Part shown: piece after piece, positions 21,201-31,100 of the stretch | Layout: each line of letters starts with the position of its first letter | Position numbering within the stretch: the stretch's first letter is position 1 | Assembly: GCA_950097015.1 (NCBI GenBank) | Contig: CATNEN010000038.1 | Coordinates: 12,524,001-12,588,000, forward strand | Reading direction: 5' to 3' | Length of the DNA stretch: 64,000 nucleotides | Source of the DNA: Macrostomum hystrix | Lineage: Eukaryota > Animalia > Platyhelminthes | Program-made: the position numbers and the translations under genes | The notes under the pieces: generated by a model | What the model was told of the DNA's origin: nothing | The model's database searches: none | What the model saw: only the letters and a program-made list of their open reading frames with translations

Positions 21201-24034
21201 CCAGCTCTGCAGGTGACTCTTATTTGATTACCAACTGAATTCAACTGACCAGTTGGCTTACTAGAGTTGTAAAGGTACTGGCTGGAATCAATGGTCACAT
21301 TGGTGCACACCGGAGCTGCAAATTAGGACGTTAAATGCGTATTTATTCTTTACCAGAATTTTTCATACATAAGGATGGGTTTTTCGGGAACCCAACACAA
21401 CTAAACACAACACGACCCCCTAACCCAGAACACCCACAGTAGTAAGCAGCTTACAGACGCACGGAGGTAACACTGGCACTTGGTGAGCCAAAAACTCAGA
21501 GAACTGAACGGTCAGGCTGGAGCCAGCTTGAATGCTGAAAGTCTGCCACCAACCCTCGCTCTCCAAGCACTGCAGCTGCAACAAGTTGGACTGATTGGTG
21601 CCAGCAAAGATGTAGCTAGGGTTGATGCTGCAAGTTACATTGATGAGGCTGCCGACAGCATTAAGCGAATCCGCTGGGCTGCTAGAGTTGTACAGATACA
21701 TGCTAGAATCGATGGTTAAATTGCTGCATTGGTTGCCTGAAATTTCATATTTTCAAAATACTTTTTTCAGCAAAACGAGCAAAATAAAATAACAAAGACC
21801 CGACTCTCCAAAAATTGGAGAAATCTGTTTGTTTAGTTAATCAGAAACATAATCACGACATTGTTGACACAATGCCTGGTACGGAAGTTCCATCTATATA
21901 AAACTGACTGAATATCAGAATGAAAATGAAGCTATGAACAGACAGCAAACAACAGGATAAACTCGTAGATTTTTAGAAAAGAATATTCCTTATGTGTTAG
22001 CCAGTCAGCCTACACTGGTCCGATAATTGGGCTTTGTCAGGGAGTTTTGTCCAGATTCTGCCTTCAGCTACGAGTATGATGCAGAGCTCTACAGCTTGCA
22101 GGTTCTCACAATTTCACACTTATCGATCGTTCTTGTTTCCATCCATTATTTTCGTCAGTCTGCTTCACGTGCGAGACGTTGTATCAGGGAAACCGCAAAG
22201 CTTTCAAATAAAAGAAAAACGGATTTTAGGCAGTTCTATTTTTCAGCGCTGCCTAAAAGCATCGGCAGAGTGACAGAGGCTGAAACTCCACAGGCTGCCG
22301 TGCCATCGCATGCGCCAGCCGTGAGTTTGATCGGATGTGAGAGCCAGTTGCATCCTGCAGCGCAAACAGTCGCCACAGTTTTATCGCACGAGCAACTTTC
22401 TTTCAGCCTTTATTGTTTGAGTAAAACAAAATACACCATGAAAGAGGTTTCATGTTCAAGCTTTTCTCAATATGTTACTTTCATGTTGCTATCACTACAT
22501 GAAAGTAATTACCATCTAAGCAGTGCTGAAAATTATTAAGACATGCTAAAATGCCGAATACAGGAAACTAACTAAATTCCTTACCAGTAGATATATAGAC
22601 CGGGCTGTATTTCAAATACCCACGGCCTACTTCACGATAGATCCAAAACCGAATGACCGATTTTCGTTAAAGTCCACAATGTGGATTAAAAAATTAACCC
22701 TTTACGATAAACTAGCTTTCAAAGCCGTCTGACATCAGCCACGTCGAGATATTCAACGATTCTTGTCGAAGACCCTGGTGACAAGGGCAACTAACAATGC
22801 TCTATGTAAACCTCTATGGCGAGTCCCTATTGGCTAAATAGTATCAAAATTAACTGAATAATTAATACAATATACTTAATAATAGCCAACAATGCAACAT
22901 TATGAAATTTTGTGAGCAATATAAAATATACTTATATTGCTGATTTTTTGCCAGAATAATTCCCGAAGAAAATCGTTGAATATCTAGAAGATTCCGATGT
23001 TTTGTGATTCTGGAAGTTGTCTCGTCGGATAGAGCGGAAAATTTGAAGGCCGCGTTCTTGATTTTTAGGTGAATAGTTGAATATTTTAGGGCTAGGTAAA
23101 GATAAAGGAAAAATGTGGGTATTTTAAATTGGACTGGAAGATGCTGTTTAGCTTCAATTACTTAGTCGATTCTTCAGTAATCAGAAATGAGTTAATAGGC
23201 CGTATGAATAAAGTGAGCAATTGCTCACGAGTAAATGCTCCTACTTTGAGCAACCGCTCACTTTTCGTATGAATAATGATTTATCTCAAACTTCGAGCAA
23301 TTAGTTCCCAGCCACCCGAGCAGTTGCTCAGCGAATTTGTACCATAGACCAAATGGTGATCAAAACACTTCCCTCTTCTTTGCTGTTTAATGGAACGAAC
23401 GAGGCTCGCCTCGCAAGCAAGATTTGCTACGTGGTATGACAAAAATGTCGACTCAAGACGAAGACGATGAGATTTTCGTTCGCTGCGTGATGCTGAATAG
23501 GTGCCACAGAGCAATTGCTCGAGGGGTGAACACGAACTCTTAAGACAATCATGGTGAGCATTTGCTCAGCAGCAAGCACTCACTTTATTCATTCTGAATT
23601 GAGAATCTCGTAGACTTTGAGCAATTGCTCACTTTATTCATACGGCCTTATATAGGCATGAATAAAGTGTAAGATCTATCGATTCAGCAACAATGACTCA
23701 AAATATTTGCTCTTGTTTTAGATTTAGACTGAGCTCCAAATGATTTTATCTGTCCTTTTTTCTCAAACCCAAAAACGTAGCATTTTAAAGTTAGCACTGC
23801 ACTGAGAACTGTTATAAGCTTTAGCACCGATGATGCTGCGAGCATGCAGTAAAACAAAATCTACCCTGCATTTTTAAGTCTAACGCAACCGCAAAGACAA
23901 GCACAATAGTTAACCTTGTTTGTCATGGAGCAAAACTGCAGTCTGTCCAACTTACTGCTTTGGGTAGACGCGACTAGGTCAACAGTCACTAGCGAAATTA
24001 GCAGGGAGCCCATGAGTCCAGTCATGAGCTCCAT
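202..24034 (-). CDS. Gene B (multi-exon, 3'-partial): secreted/extracellular Sushi-WSC-C-type-lectin multidomain protein
   Basis: More than 30 minus-strand exons with GT-AG boundaries. Signal exon 24034-23956; Sushi-like exons 21.7-18.1 kb. WSC motifs (e.g. FLGCY...CLATC...CYC...CSLTCSGNRYQTCGG at 10.5-10.8 kb; also near 17.7, 15.3, 13.4, 9.0, 2.5, 1.4 kb). CTLD motifs (CDPGWLQVNETCY...ARLFC...FWIG...AFCEKP at 10.9-11.5 kb; also near 14.0-14.6, 9.3-9.8, 8.1-8.6 kb). Colinear with 49.7-64 kb. Continues past base 1. Confidence 0.8.
3187..3489 (+). repeat. 5' LTR
   Basis: TGTGATG...CATTACA; no differences seen from 7520-7822. Confidence 0.97.
3491..7492 (+). CDS. Gag-Pol polyprotein, 1333 aa (Gag, protease, RT, RNase H, integrase)
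   Basis: Two Zn knuckles (CASCGGAHSRQLC, CHSCGKTGHIRKVC); protease FIIDTGS; RT FVDD; RNase H CDASPYGLG; integrase HHCC plus HVDF/SDNG/AERF. RT-RH-IN order indicates Ty3/Gypsy. Confidence 0.97.
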   Translation: MATSSALGGIPVLSANTDIDVYLERLDHYFTCKDVKEEAKVATLVTAIGAEAYTVLRNLCQPDKVADKTLDQLSEILRDHYAPKPSVLAARFRFQRRVQQPGESFTDFVAGLKALSAHCAFQNSLEERLRDQLVFGLYSDAFRAKLLEEVNPTFKSLQEKMLLLESTERSSQEMASKPTAAVAQLRTHGGKRSQRRGATPAALGGDSPHQRSVKGGNSGNSGKGGDNGRNGGTCASCGGAHSRQLCKLRDAKCHSCGKTGHIRKVCRSPKLQLLQETSPSSPDASSQMPIFTVQPPCGSLGPTVQLQVNGRQCQFIIDTGSAVTLLPQNLQRRLLPQLPLKPSTAVLRTFTDERFRPIGQAVVTVNHNSQQLQLPLLVVTQGESALLGRDWLAKLRLDWPSIMAQVHAVSADESIGDLIKEFAPVFEDGLGEFRHGQVRLQVSDDAQPKFFKARPVPYALRERVDAELQRMEASGIITAVKHSYWAAPIVPVVKKDGSVRICGDYKLTYNQASRPEHYPLPRIEDLFAKLGGGCKWSKLDLSNAFLQLPLAEDSKAFLTINTPRGLFQVNRLPFGISSASAIFQRTLDTLLGDLDAVQVFVDDILVTGRTLQQHKKNLALALQRLQGAGLRLNKSKCQFFKDSVEYLGHRIDANGLSPLPDRVAAVQDAPAPTDVSQLRSFLGMLAQYGKFLPNLSTVLAPLHQLLVKNTRWSWERPQQQAFAEAKRLLLRSPVLVHYSPDLPLRLECDASPYGLGVVLTHRIGDKDCAVAFASRSLTTAQRGYSQLDKEALAIMFGLDRFHQFLYGRRFTIVTDHLPLLGLLGERKGIPAHAAARMQRWAIRLASYDYALEFRPTEKHANCDSLSRLPLPQLFEEEAAVNSLLLDEGAGSAVTAQTVSRHTRTDASLGRVLRCLQTGAPIGAELSDYARRQTELSVDQGCVLWGARVVVPAALRDHVIQELHQAHPGTSRMRALARSYVWWPGIDGDLEAATKTCRTCQLNQPDPPKAPVQPWPFPSEPWERLHVDFAGPVDGHVYLVVVDAHSKWPEVVRMRCTTAAATIVSLREIFARQGIPRTLVSDNGPQFASAEFAEFTRANGIRHVFSAPFHPATNGQAERFVQVLKRHLLKSGHSDAELQRLLLGYRNTPHSVSGVAPSQLLIGRRLRCRLDLLAPSLADDVRQRQEQLLPSRKAAREFQTGDRVLFRDFSAGARAGDTPRWAEGVIKGAGSRNCIVDSQRGQHMRHADQLVAARADGFDLDIADAGQPLTDGGGDATLGTGGARATPDTVASGATSGEAAPEPADGPESNARRDATNPRRYPLRARGPPERLQL
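3492..3501 (+). promoter_or_regulatory. Primer-binding site TGGCGACGAG (tRNA-Ser type)
   Basis: Lies 2 nt after the 5' LTR; complementary to a ...CTCGTCGCCA tRNA 3' end, as in Mag-clade elements. Confidence 0.85.
7520..7822 (+). repeat. 3' LTR
   Basis: Direct repeat of 3187-3489, immediately after the polypurine tract. Confidence 0.97.
10062..10190 (+). mobile_element. SINE family 1, internal fragment
   Basis: Shares GTGAGAGTGTACAC..CTGA..AGAAAGTCAGGGCAGATGT core with the other copies. Confidence 0.6.
11883..12178 (+). mobile_element. SINE family 1 (tRNA-derived)
   Basis: Degenerate tRNA-like head, conserved core, CTCAGGAGTCAG motif and (ATT)n tail. Confidence 0.7.
12265..12630. repeat. 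10-bp tandem repeat (GCCTGACCCG)n
   Basis: More than 30 near-perfect copies, intronic. Confidence 0.97.
14779..15080 (+). mobile_element. SINE family 1 (tRNA-derived)
   Basis: Pol III A box TGGCAGAGTGG and B box GCTCGAATCC, followed by the family core. Confidence 0.75.
15703..17145 (+). mobile_element. SINE family 1 copy split by a LINE insertion (15703-15938 and 17032-17145)
   Basis: The 5' half ends ...GTATCTGTGTGTGATT and the 3' half resumes TGATTGCTCAGGAGTCAG; these are contiguous in the other copies. Confidence 0.75.
15939..17031 (-). mobile_element. 5'-truncated non-LTR retrotransposon (RTEX-like ORF2 C-terminus, 3'UTR, (TAA)n tail)
   Basis: Frame reads ...ICKSILQV...ARSELGRLPL...YW...SRFRLGNHKLACET...CPKC...ENETHILFRC (C-terminal CCHC). 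Tail at about 15940-15958; possible TSD TGATT. Confidence 0.8.
17170..17475 (-). mobile_element. SINE family 1, inverted copy
   Basis: Reverse complement contains TGCCTGCGTAC, GCGGAATGGACAGA and CTCGCTGGCTG.GGGTCC motifs and a tRNA-like head. Confidence 0.7.
18403..18660 (+). mobile_element. SINE family 2 (tRNA head plus CORE/Deu-like body)
   Basis: A box TAGCCTAGTGG, B box GATTCGATTCC, then TGTGTCC...ACTTAAC and TTCACCCAGCTGTTTAATTGGTAC. Related copies at 55.4 and 62.7 kb; fragments near 27.4, 32.8 and 59.9 kb. Confidence 0.7.
20235..20588 (+). mobile_element. Non-autonomous DNA transposon, CAGTAGAAAGACC-TIR family
   Basis: TTAA|CAGTAGAA...GGTCTTTCTGCTG|ATAA; internal homology to the 22.6, 48.5 and 54.7 kb copies. 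Confidence 0.7.
22585..23146 (-). mobile_element. Non-autonomous DNA transposon, CAGTAGAAAGACC-TIR family
   Basis: Shares CCTACTTCAC.ATAG..CCAAACCGAATGACCGATTTTCGT and TCTTGTCGAAGACC.TGGTGACAA with 48526-48968. Confidence 0.7.
23197..23648. mobile_element. MITE with perfect 31-bp TIR (PIF/Harbinger-like)
   Basis: AGGCCGTATGAATAAAGTGAGCAATTGCTCA at both ends in inverted orientation; internal GAGCAATTGCTC-like repeats; ATA/TTA flanks around the GGCC ends. Confidence 0.85.
23956..24034 (-). CDS. Putative first coding exon of gene B (signal peptide)
   Basis: ATG at 24034 gives MELMTGLMGSLLISLVTVDLVASTQS, then a phase-1 GTAAGT donor. It splices in frame to the phase-1 acceptor near 21736 (S-N-Q-C-S-N-L-T-I-D-S-S-M-Y-L). 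Confidence 0.6.
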
Positions 24035-25132
24035 CAGAAAAAGAAGCCGAAAACTCAAAGCGGATAGTTCTGTTAATTCAACCTTGCGATTAACTTATGA
24101 TTTGTCCTTTTTGCCGACAGTGAATGGCAGAAAATGATGGCAAACTTTGGAGCCTTGATACATCAAGTCATTTTATTTTGTGACCTGCTGGTCTGGCTGG
24201 ACAAGTTCCACCGACCAATCAGATGAGAGAAAAAATTACCCGTAGAATTCTGCTGCATATTGAAAGCTTAAAAATCTAAAACGCTCAAAAAGCTTCATGA
24301 GTACTGGTCGATAAGCAAATGGTTATACAAGTAATTTTTTTATAGATATCAATCAGCGTTACAGTACGTAATTACAGGATCTAAAGGATCCAACAACAAG
24401 TTAACAATAAGTTAACAAGTTAACGACTCGAAGTGGTTCGATGTAATATATATAATAGCTTTCCTTTTAAAGTTTTCAAAAAAACAAATTAAGTTTAAAA
24501 TTTTCGAAGAAAATGATGACGTTGAAAAGTAAGAGCATTAGAGAGAGGCATAAAATTGTCAAGCTAAGTCTGTTTCTGCCGAAACTTGGAAGTGGCCACT
24601 ACGTATACAACTCAATTTGTTTTTTTTAACTGCAAGATGAACGCATGAAATCGAGGATTCGACTCAGGGGAGCATAAAAATGAACAATATAATTGAAACA
24701 ACAGAGAACAGTATGGGGCAAGAGTTTTAGCGCAATAATAAATGTGCAGGTACTCGTAAAAGACATTTTTTGCTACAGCAAGAGCAACAGAAAAATAATG
24801 AACAATAATGAACAATAATGAAAACAGTACAGTACAGAACAGAAAGCAGTTGCTGTTTTCTCTATGCGAATGTTTATGTTAGCTCTCCATCGTCCTGCAC
24901 CATTAAGTAACGTGCTTTGTCCTTGGGTGTAAGTTTTTCTAAGTTAGGGACATTGTTTTAGATTTTTCTAATAAATTTATCTGTAACGGTACTATGCGAG
25001 CTACAAAATTGAACTGCATAAGATTATTAGCAATTGAAACACGCATTCGATATAGATACACGCACTGCATAGCGCAGAAAGGTAAGCAAAATACTTACCA
25101 GAAACTCACCGACAAACGAAGCGAAGACAATG

Positions 25133-28100
25133 TCATAAAATTATTTTCAAGCTCTTGAAAAAACGCATGTAAGTAAAAAAACTGATTAATTAAGGTGACT
25201 TACCGCTTTTTTGTCGCTTCTTGAGTCCAGGTCCGTTGCCCCATAAAAAACGACTGTACGAGCGAAACTACTATGGCAATAGTTGATTTTGATATAGAAC
25301 AAAGCAAATAACTTCAATAAACTCTGCCCCATAAACACATAGACTGACAAGTTAATAAGAGCATTTATTGTGAAATAGGAATAATTTTTGCCTCCATGTT
25401 TCTTAATAAGCAAAAACTCACAGGCGAATGTTTCAGGCACAGGAGTCCAGTAGCCAAAGACGCTGCTGTCACTTCCGGTGCATTGTGAATAGGCCTCCGT
25501 TGTGTTGATACCGAAGAACATGCGCCCGTAGTCCGCGACAAATTTGACCACATCGTGCACTCGGTACTTCTCGGATGGATCTAGCAGGTTGAAGTCGACT
25601 GGGACGGCACCCAACACATATGCTGGCAGACGGCACTGCTGGCCTGTTTAAAAAAGTAATGATGTAAATATTTACTAGACTCAAGCCTGATTAAATAGTC
25701 TGAATATCCCAATGTACAGGGCGAGTTACTCACGCTGGCAGAGCTGGTAAGGGGTCCAGGTCCTGTCTGGCAAGCAGACAGTGACATTCGGAGCGCTGGG
25801 TGGCATTCGCAGTCCAGGCGGACAGCTGACGCCAACGCGAGTCCCCAACGCCATCTTGCCGTTAAGACTCGGTGCCGGCTGAGTTAGGTTAAGTCTGGAC
25901 ATTGTTACATTGCGATAGCTCGATATCTGAGAGTCTTCGTTGACCTCCACGAGACTATAGAGACACTCGCTGACGGAAATGACGTCGCAGGTTCGTCCTG
26001 TTTTGGTAACGTTTTTTGTTTTACTTTCAGCGTTACGTAAAATGATCATGTAACAGCTTTTTATCAGTAGAGAGGTAGCAATGATAATAATAATTGCAGG
26101 AGCGCTGCGGGCTTTAGCACATAATTTTTTATGTGGACCCGCAGCCAGCGAGGTAGTGATTCTGCCCATTTCGATGACTCCTGAGCAAATACGCACACAG
26201 ATACTATAAGCAGGCATACGCTCACACAGGTGTGTACATCTGCCCTTGCTGAATCGTGCCTTGCTGAATGGCCATCAAGGGCGTAAATTGCACGAAAAGC
26301 TCTCAAGTATTCGCTCCGCGGCTGCACACCAAGAATGTGGCCACGCCGCGGAATCGAGCTCAGGTGCGAGAGACACACGTTAGACCGCAATGCCTCTCAT
26401 CCCTGCAGTATCTCTGCGTCACAAAACACTGAAATATACGCTCGTAGGTTTTTTGGTTCATTAAGAATGCAAGTGTGCTGCCAATGTTTCTGCGAATCTG
26501 TTTGCCATTCACCTAAAATATCATCATCGCTACTGTAAGTAGCTCGTAGTAGAAGCTCGGGTGATTTTACTCTTTCAGTGTTCTTTATTTATTTGGAAAT
26601 TTAAAAGAGTTTCATTGAGTCTAGCCATGCACAAATAGCTGAAATATACTGAAAAAAATTGCACTTGGCGTCTCACCACCGCAGCCTCTTCCCCATTGGC
26701 TAAAGTTGCTCCACTGGGCGTCAAACTGACAGACTGAACGAAACTCCAAAACCGAAGGTGAGTCCACAAACTCCTGCGAGGCGGCGTCCCGACAGCGAAC
26801 GGTGATGGTCTGGTTCATCTGGCTGGAGTTGCCAGTCACAGATATGTTGGCGATAACGGACAGCTCTTGGATGCTGTGGACGCATTCACCAGCTGGATTT
26901 GGGTTGTATTGATAGTTTACTTTGAAAAGTACATTTACGAATTTAATAAGGGCTAAAATGCGGAAAGCTATCTCACTCTGCATAGGGAATACATCAGTCC
27001 AGTAGGGCTGGCCGCTTTTGTTATTGAGCAGGCAGGTGCTGAACCACCAGCTGGCGTTGATGACGGTGAAGAAGGAGCCACCGAGGGCATCGTAAAATAC
27101 GCTGTCAAAGAGTCGCAGCTGCGGATCTGTCGGCTGGTTTTTGAAACTGCGGCTGATTTGAGCGAATGGTGGGGACGGTGGCAGCGGGCAGGCCAGTCCT
27201 AGGGACATTGTAAAGTCAATTACTGCTTGTCAAGCTCGTATTAGAAATCTTAACCACGTGAGCTTCATTGTAATCAGCGTTTTTAATTGTAAATTTCTTT
27301 ATTGCAGCCTTATTTGACGATAGAAATAGGTACAAAAATTACACCTTACACCGTCTAGTTCTATACAGTCAGTGGCACAGCCACCTCTATTGTGTGGTGT
27401 ATCCCAGGCTGTGTACAACTATTCAGTCCATGGACTGGAATCTGCATCTGCATCTGCATCTGTGAGATGCTGACTCCTAAGTAGTTAAGCTACCAGACGG
27501 TGTTATTGCTAAAACTAAGGTAAACAATTAAACTCAGAGAGAGCCCAAATATTTCGATCGCTTACTTTTGCATAGCGAGAAGCTGGACCAGCTTCTGTTC
27601 GTCTGGCAGTGAATATTTGTCGGTGACCCAATCGGAATGCTGTGCGTATTTGGGCACACAAGCTGAACTTCAGTGAACACCGGAGCCGAGCTAATGGGAC
27701 TGGTGAATGGCAGAACTGTAGAGCTTACAGTCAAATTGTAGAGCGAATCCAGGCTGTTGTTATGCATTTGCACGGTGTACACCTCGTTCGGCGTTGAGTC
27801 CGTCAGGACTGGACAGTATTTCACTGAGATTGTGGGAAGAGTTGGCAAATATTATGTTTTTGTGAATCAACAGACGTTTGTCTAAACAGACACACTAGGC
27901 TAAGGCAGAAACGAAAAAATAAAGTAATCGTGGGGTAGACGTCAAGAGTAACAATGACTACGAAGGAATTATCTAAAATGCGGTATTGCACAAACATTGT
28001 TGTGTAATAAGTTCTGGAGTTTTTCAACGACAGATGCCGATTATCAAGGTCAGATTAAGCGATTATCAAGGTCATATTAAGCGATTATCAAGGTCAGATT

Positions 28101-31100
28101 AAGCGATTATAAAGGTCAGATCAAGCGATTATCAAGGGGTGGGTCCAACTCTTAAGGTCAGGTTTGTGATTCTCAAGGTTAGTTTTGTGATTCTCAAGGT
28201 CAGTTCACGATTGTCAAGATTGTGCACCTGTAAACCTGTAAATATGAACACTATTACAGTTTTACACTGTCACTAATTTTAGCTATTGCTCATGACATTT
28301 GGTCGCAAGTTTCCTATCAATAATGTTATCTTTGTCATCGATGTTTCAAACAGCGGCTCGGTTTCTGGTTTCAACTGTTCTATAATTCCTGGGGAAGAGT
28401 ATCTTAAGAGTGGTTCCGCAACAACCATGACTCACTTTGACAGCCGGAAATCCATTTCCACTCATGCGACCAGGAGCCATTTGACAAACACTCGATAGTT
28501 AACTCGCTGACACCAGGTGAGGCACTAAGCTCCTGCTGCGATGCGTTCGAGCACCTCAGCACAGCGGTGTCCAACATGGAGCTCCCGGTTGAGGAGGCCA
28601 CTTGCATCAGCGGAAGTGTGGCGATTTCGCTCAGGCTTTTGTTGCATTTGATCTCTGTAGTAAAAAGAAAACTATGCTATTTTAGAAAAAGTCCTTTACG
28701 CACGAGACACAATAAAGTGAGCAACGTACTGTTTAGTGGTGAGATTTCCGACCAGAATAATAAGTTGATGGTACTGTTTAGTGCGCATTGCGTCACCCAA
28801 ATTGTATCGCCAGTTTCATTGAAGTAGAAGCCACTCTCCGCTTTCAGTTGAACGAAATCATACAATCTCCATGACTCGCTGGGATCATTGAAGAATTGTG
28901 AATCGATGCTAGTGTTAGCAGGCACAGGCGGCAGAGGACATCGCATGCCTGTGTGGACAAATTTTTACACAACGCAGTATGGAAAACTGTATTATATGGG
29001 GGTCTGTGGCCATTAACTGTAGATCTACCAAGGGGATTTCCCCTGACAAATATTTTTCCTGCACCCGAACGGAGCAACGCAAACACAGGGCCAACTTTTT
29101 GTTGCGCATCTTCTGAAACAAGAATCAAGTCGCCAGCCTTTCAGACCGTCGAGATCGGTTCTGGCCGACGGTCTGATTGTTCCCATAATTTATCAGCACG
29201 TCACCCGAATGTGCCTGCATGGAGATCCACTTGTTGGTAGAGGAAATCTCCCTTGGTATAAAAATGGGAGGCAAAATGGCTTAGTAGTGCTACTGTTAAA
29301 AAAACCGAACACACGCCACTTACGCTCGCAAGGCTGATATCTACTCCAAGTCTTGTTCGTCTGACAAACCGTTTCATTAGGACTCAACGCTGGTAGCTGA
29401 TATCCTGGTGGACACAGTAGTGGCAGCGCTGTGAAGGCTACCGACGAACTTAGTGGAAAAGGATCCGGCTTCAGCAGCTGCGCTTCGATTGTGATATTTT
29501 TGAAAGTCCTGCTTAACTGGTCAAAAACTTGCGTGATGTAACGCGCATTCGGTACTTGAAGTGGCTGGCATTGACGGTCTAAACAAAAAATAGTTATTTA
29601 CGCATGGCAAATGTTCAAAATATTTTTTATCAAAGCATATTGAAAGGACTGTACCTTGGCATCCACCAGCCCACACATTTTCATTGGTCCATTGCCGATT
29701 CTGACCGCATTTCGCAACAGCATAGTCAGCAACTGGCGATAGCACAAACTCCTGAGTGCTGGCATTGCTGCAGCTGATATTAAACCAATCTAAATACTTG
29801 TCGCTTGGTGGAGAACTGCTAAAGTTGATTCGCACTTTAGGGAGGGACATCAAGTCACTGTAGGTCAAGTTGCAGGAAAATCCTTAAAAGAATAAGCGAA
29901 TGGAGCAGCGAACTATATATTCTGTCTGCAACTCGAAAAATGGCTCTAAAGTCCTCAAAGAGAAGCTGCAGAAACGCGGGAAGTTGACTTACGATCTAGC
30001 CTAGAAATCCGAGTCCAATAGGTGGCGTTCTCGGTGATGTTGAAAGCACAGGAGATCATCCAGGACGTATCCTTGCTGTCATTAAAGTAGAAGCCGCTCT
30101 CAGTCTTAAGATACACCACATCGTAAAGCCTACGAGGTTTACTCGCGTCGTTGTAGATCTCGCGATCGATGCTGACATTGTCAGGCAGTTGCAAGTCCAA
30201 ACACGACAGGCCTGTAAGTCAAAGATATCATCAAGACTGCACAGACGAAGCTGCTGAATTTGAGCATAAGAACCACGTCTCTTACGTTTGCAATTATCGA
30301 TCGTGCTCCAGGTTTTGTTTGTCAAGCAGACGGTTTCATTTGGACTCATAAGAGGCAGGCGGTATCCAGGAGGGCAGAACAGCTGCAGCTTAGTCTGGGC
30401 TACGGACGGACCCAATGGCACTGGGTTGAGCAGTATCGAAGGCTCTGTAATGCTGACGTTACTAATAGCCCAGCTGGCTGTGCTGTACTGCTGAGTGAAG
30501 TAAGATACATTTTGCAACTGAGGAGGTTGACACTGACGTTCTGAAAGCAATTGATGATTTCCATGGTAAATACTATTATCTATCAGACATTGTCTTTAGA
30601 GACTGAGCTACGGTAACAGTTTCAAACATTTTATTTACCATGACAGCCATTGCCCCACACATTTTGGTTGGTCCAGACGCGATCCAAGGCACAGAATGAG
30701 GTGGACTCAATGACGTCAGGTGCCAAAACGAACTCCTGCGTGCTGGAGTCATTGCAGCTAATGTTGAATCGGTCTATAAACCTGTCGCCCGGTGAGGCAC
30801 TACCAAACGTAATTCGTACTTTTGGCAAGGCATTAAGCTCGTTGAAGCTCACATTGCATGGAGCTCCTGAAAGTAATTTTGTGGTTTAAAACTGTACCTA
30901 CGACTGTCAAAAAAACGTTTTGGCTAAGAAATTATGAATTAAAGTTTATGTTATTTCTTGTCAAAATTTCTTACGCTCCAGAGAAGGAATTGTTGTCCAG
31001 GTGGTTGCACTGTTACTGACATTTACAGTGCAGCTAACAAGCCAGAATTGATCCCAACTGTCGTTGAAAACGTATCCAATATCAGCTCTTAGGTACACGG

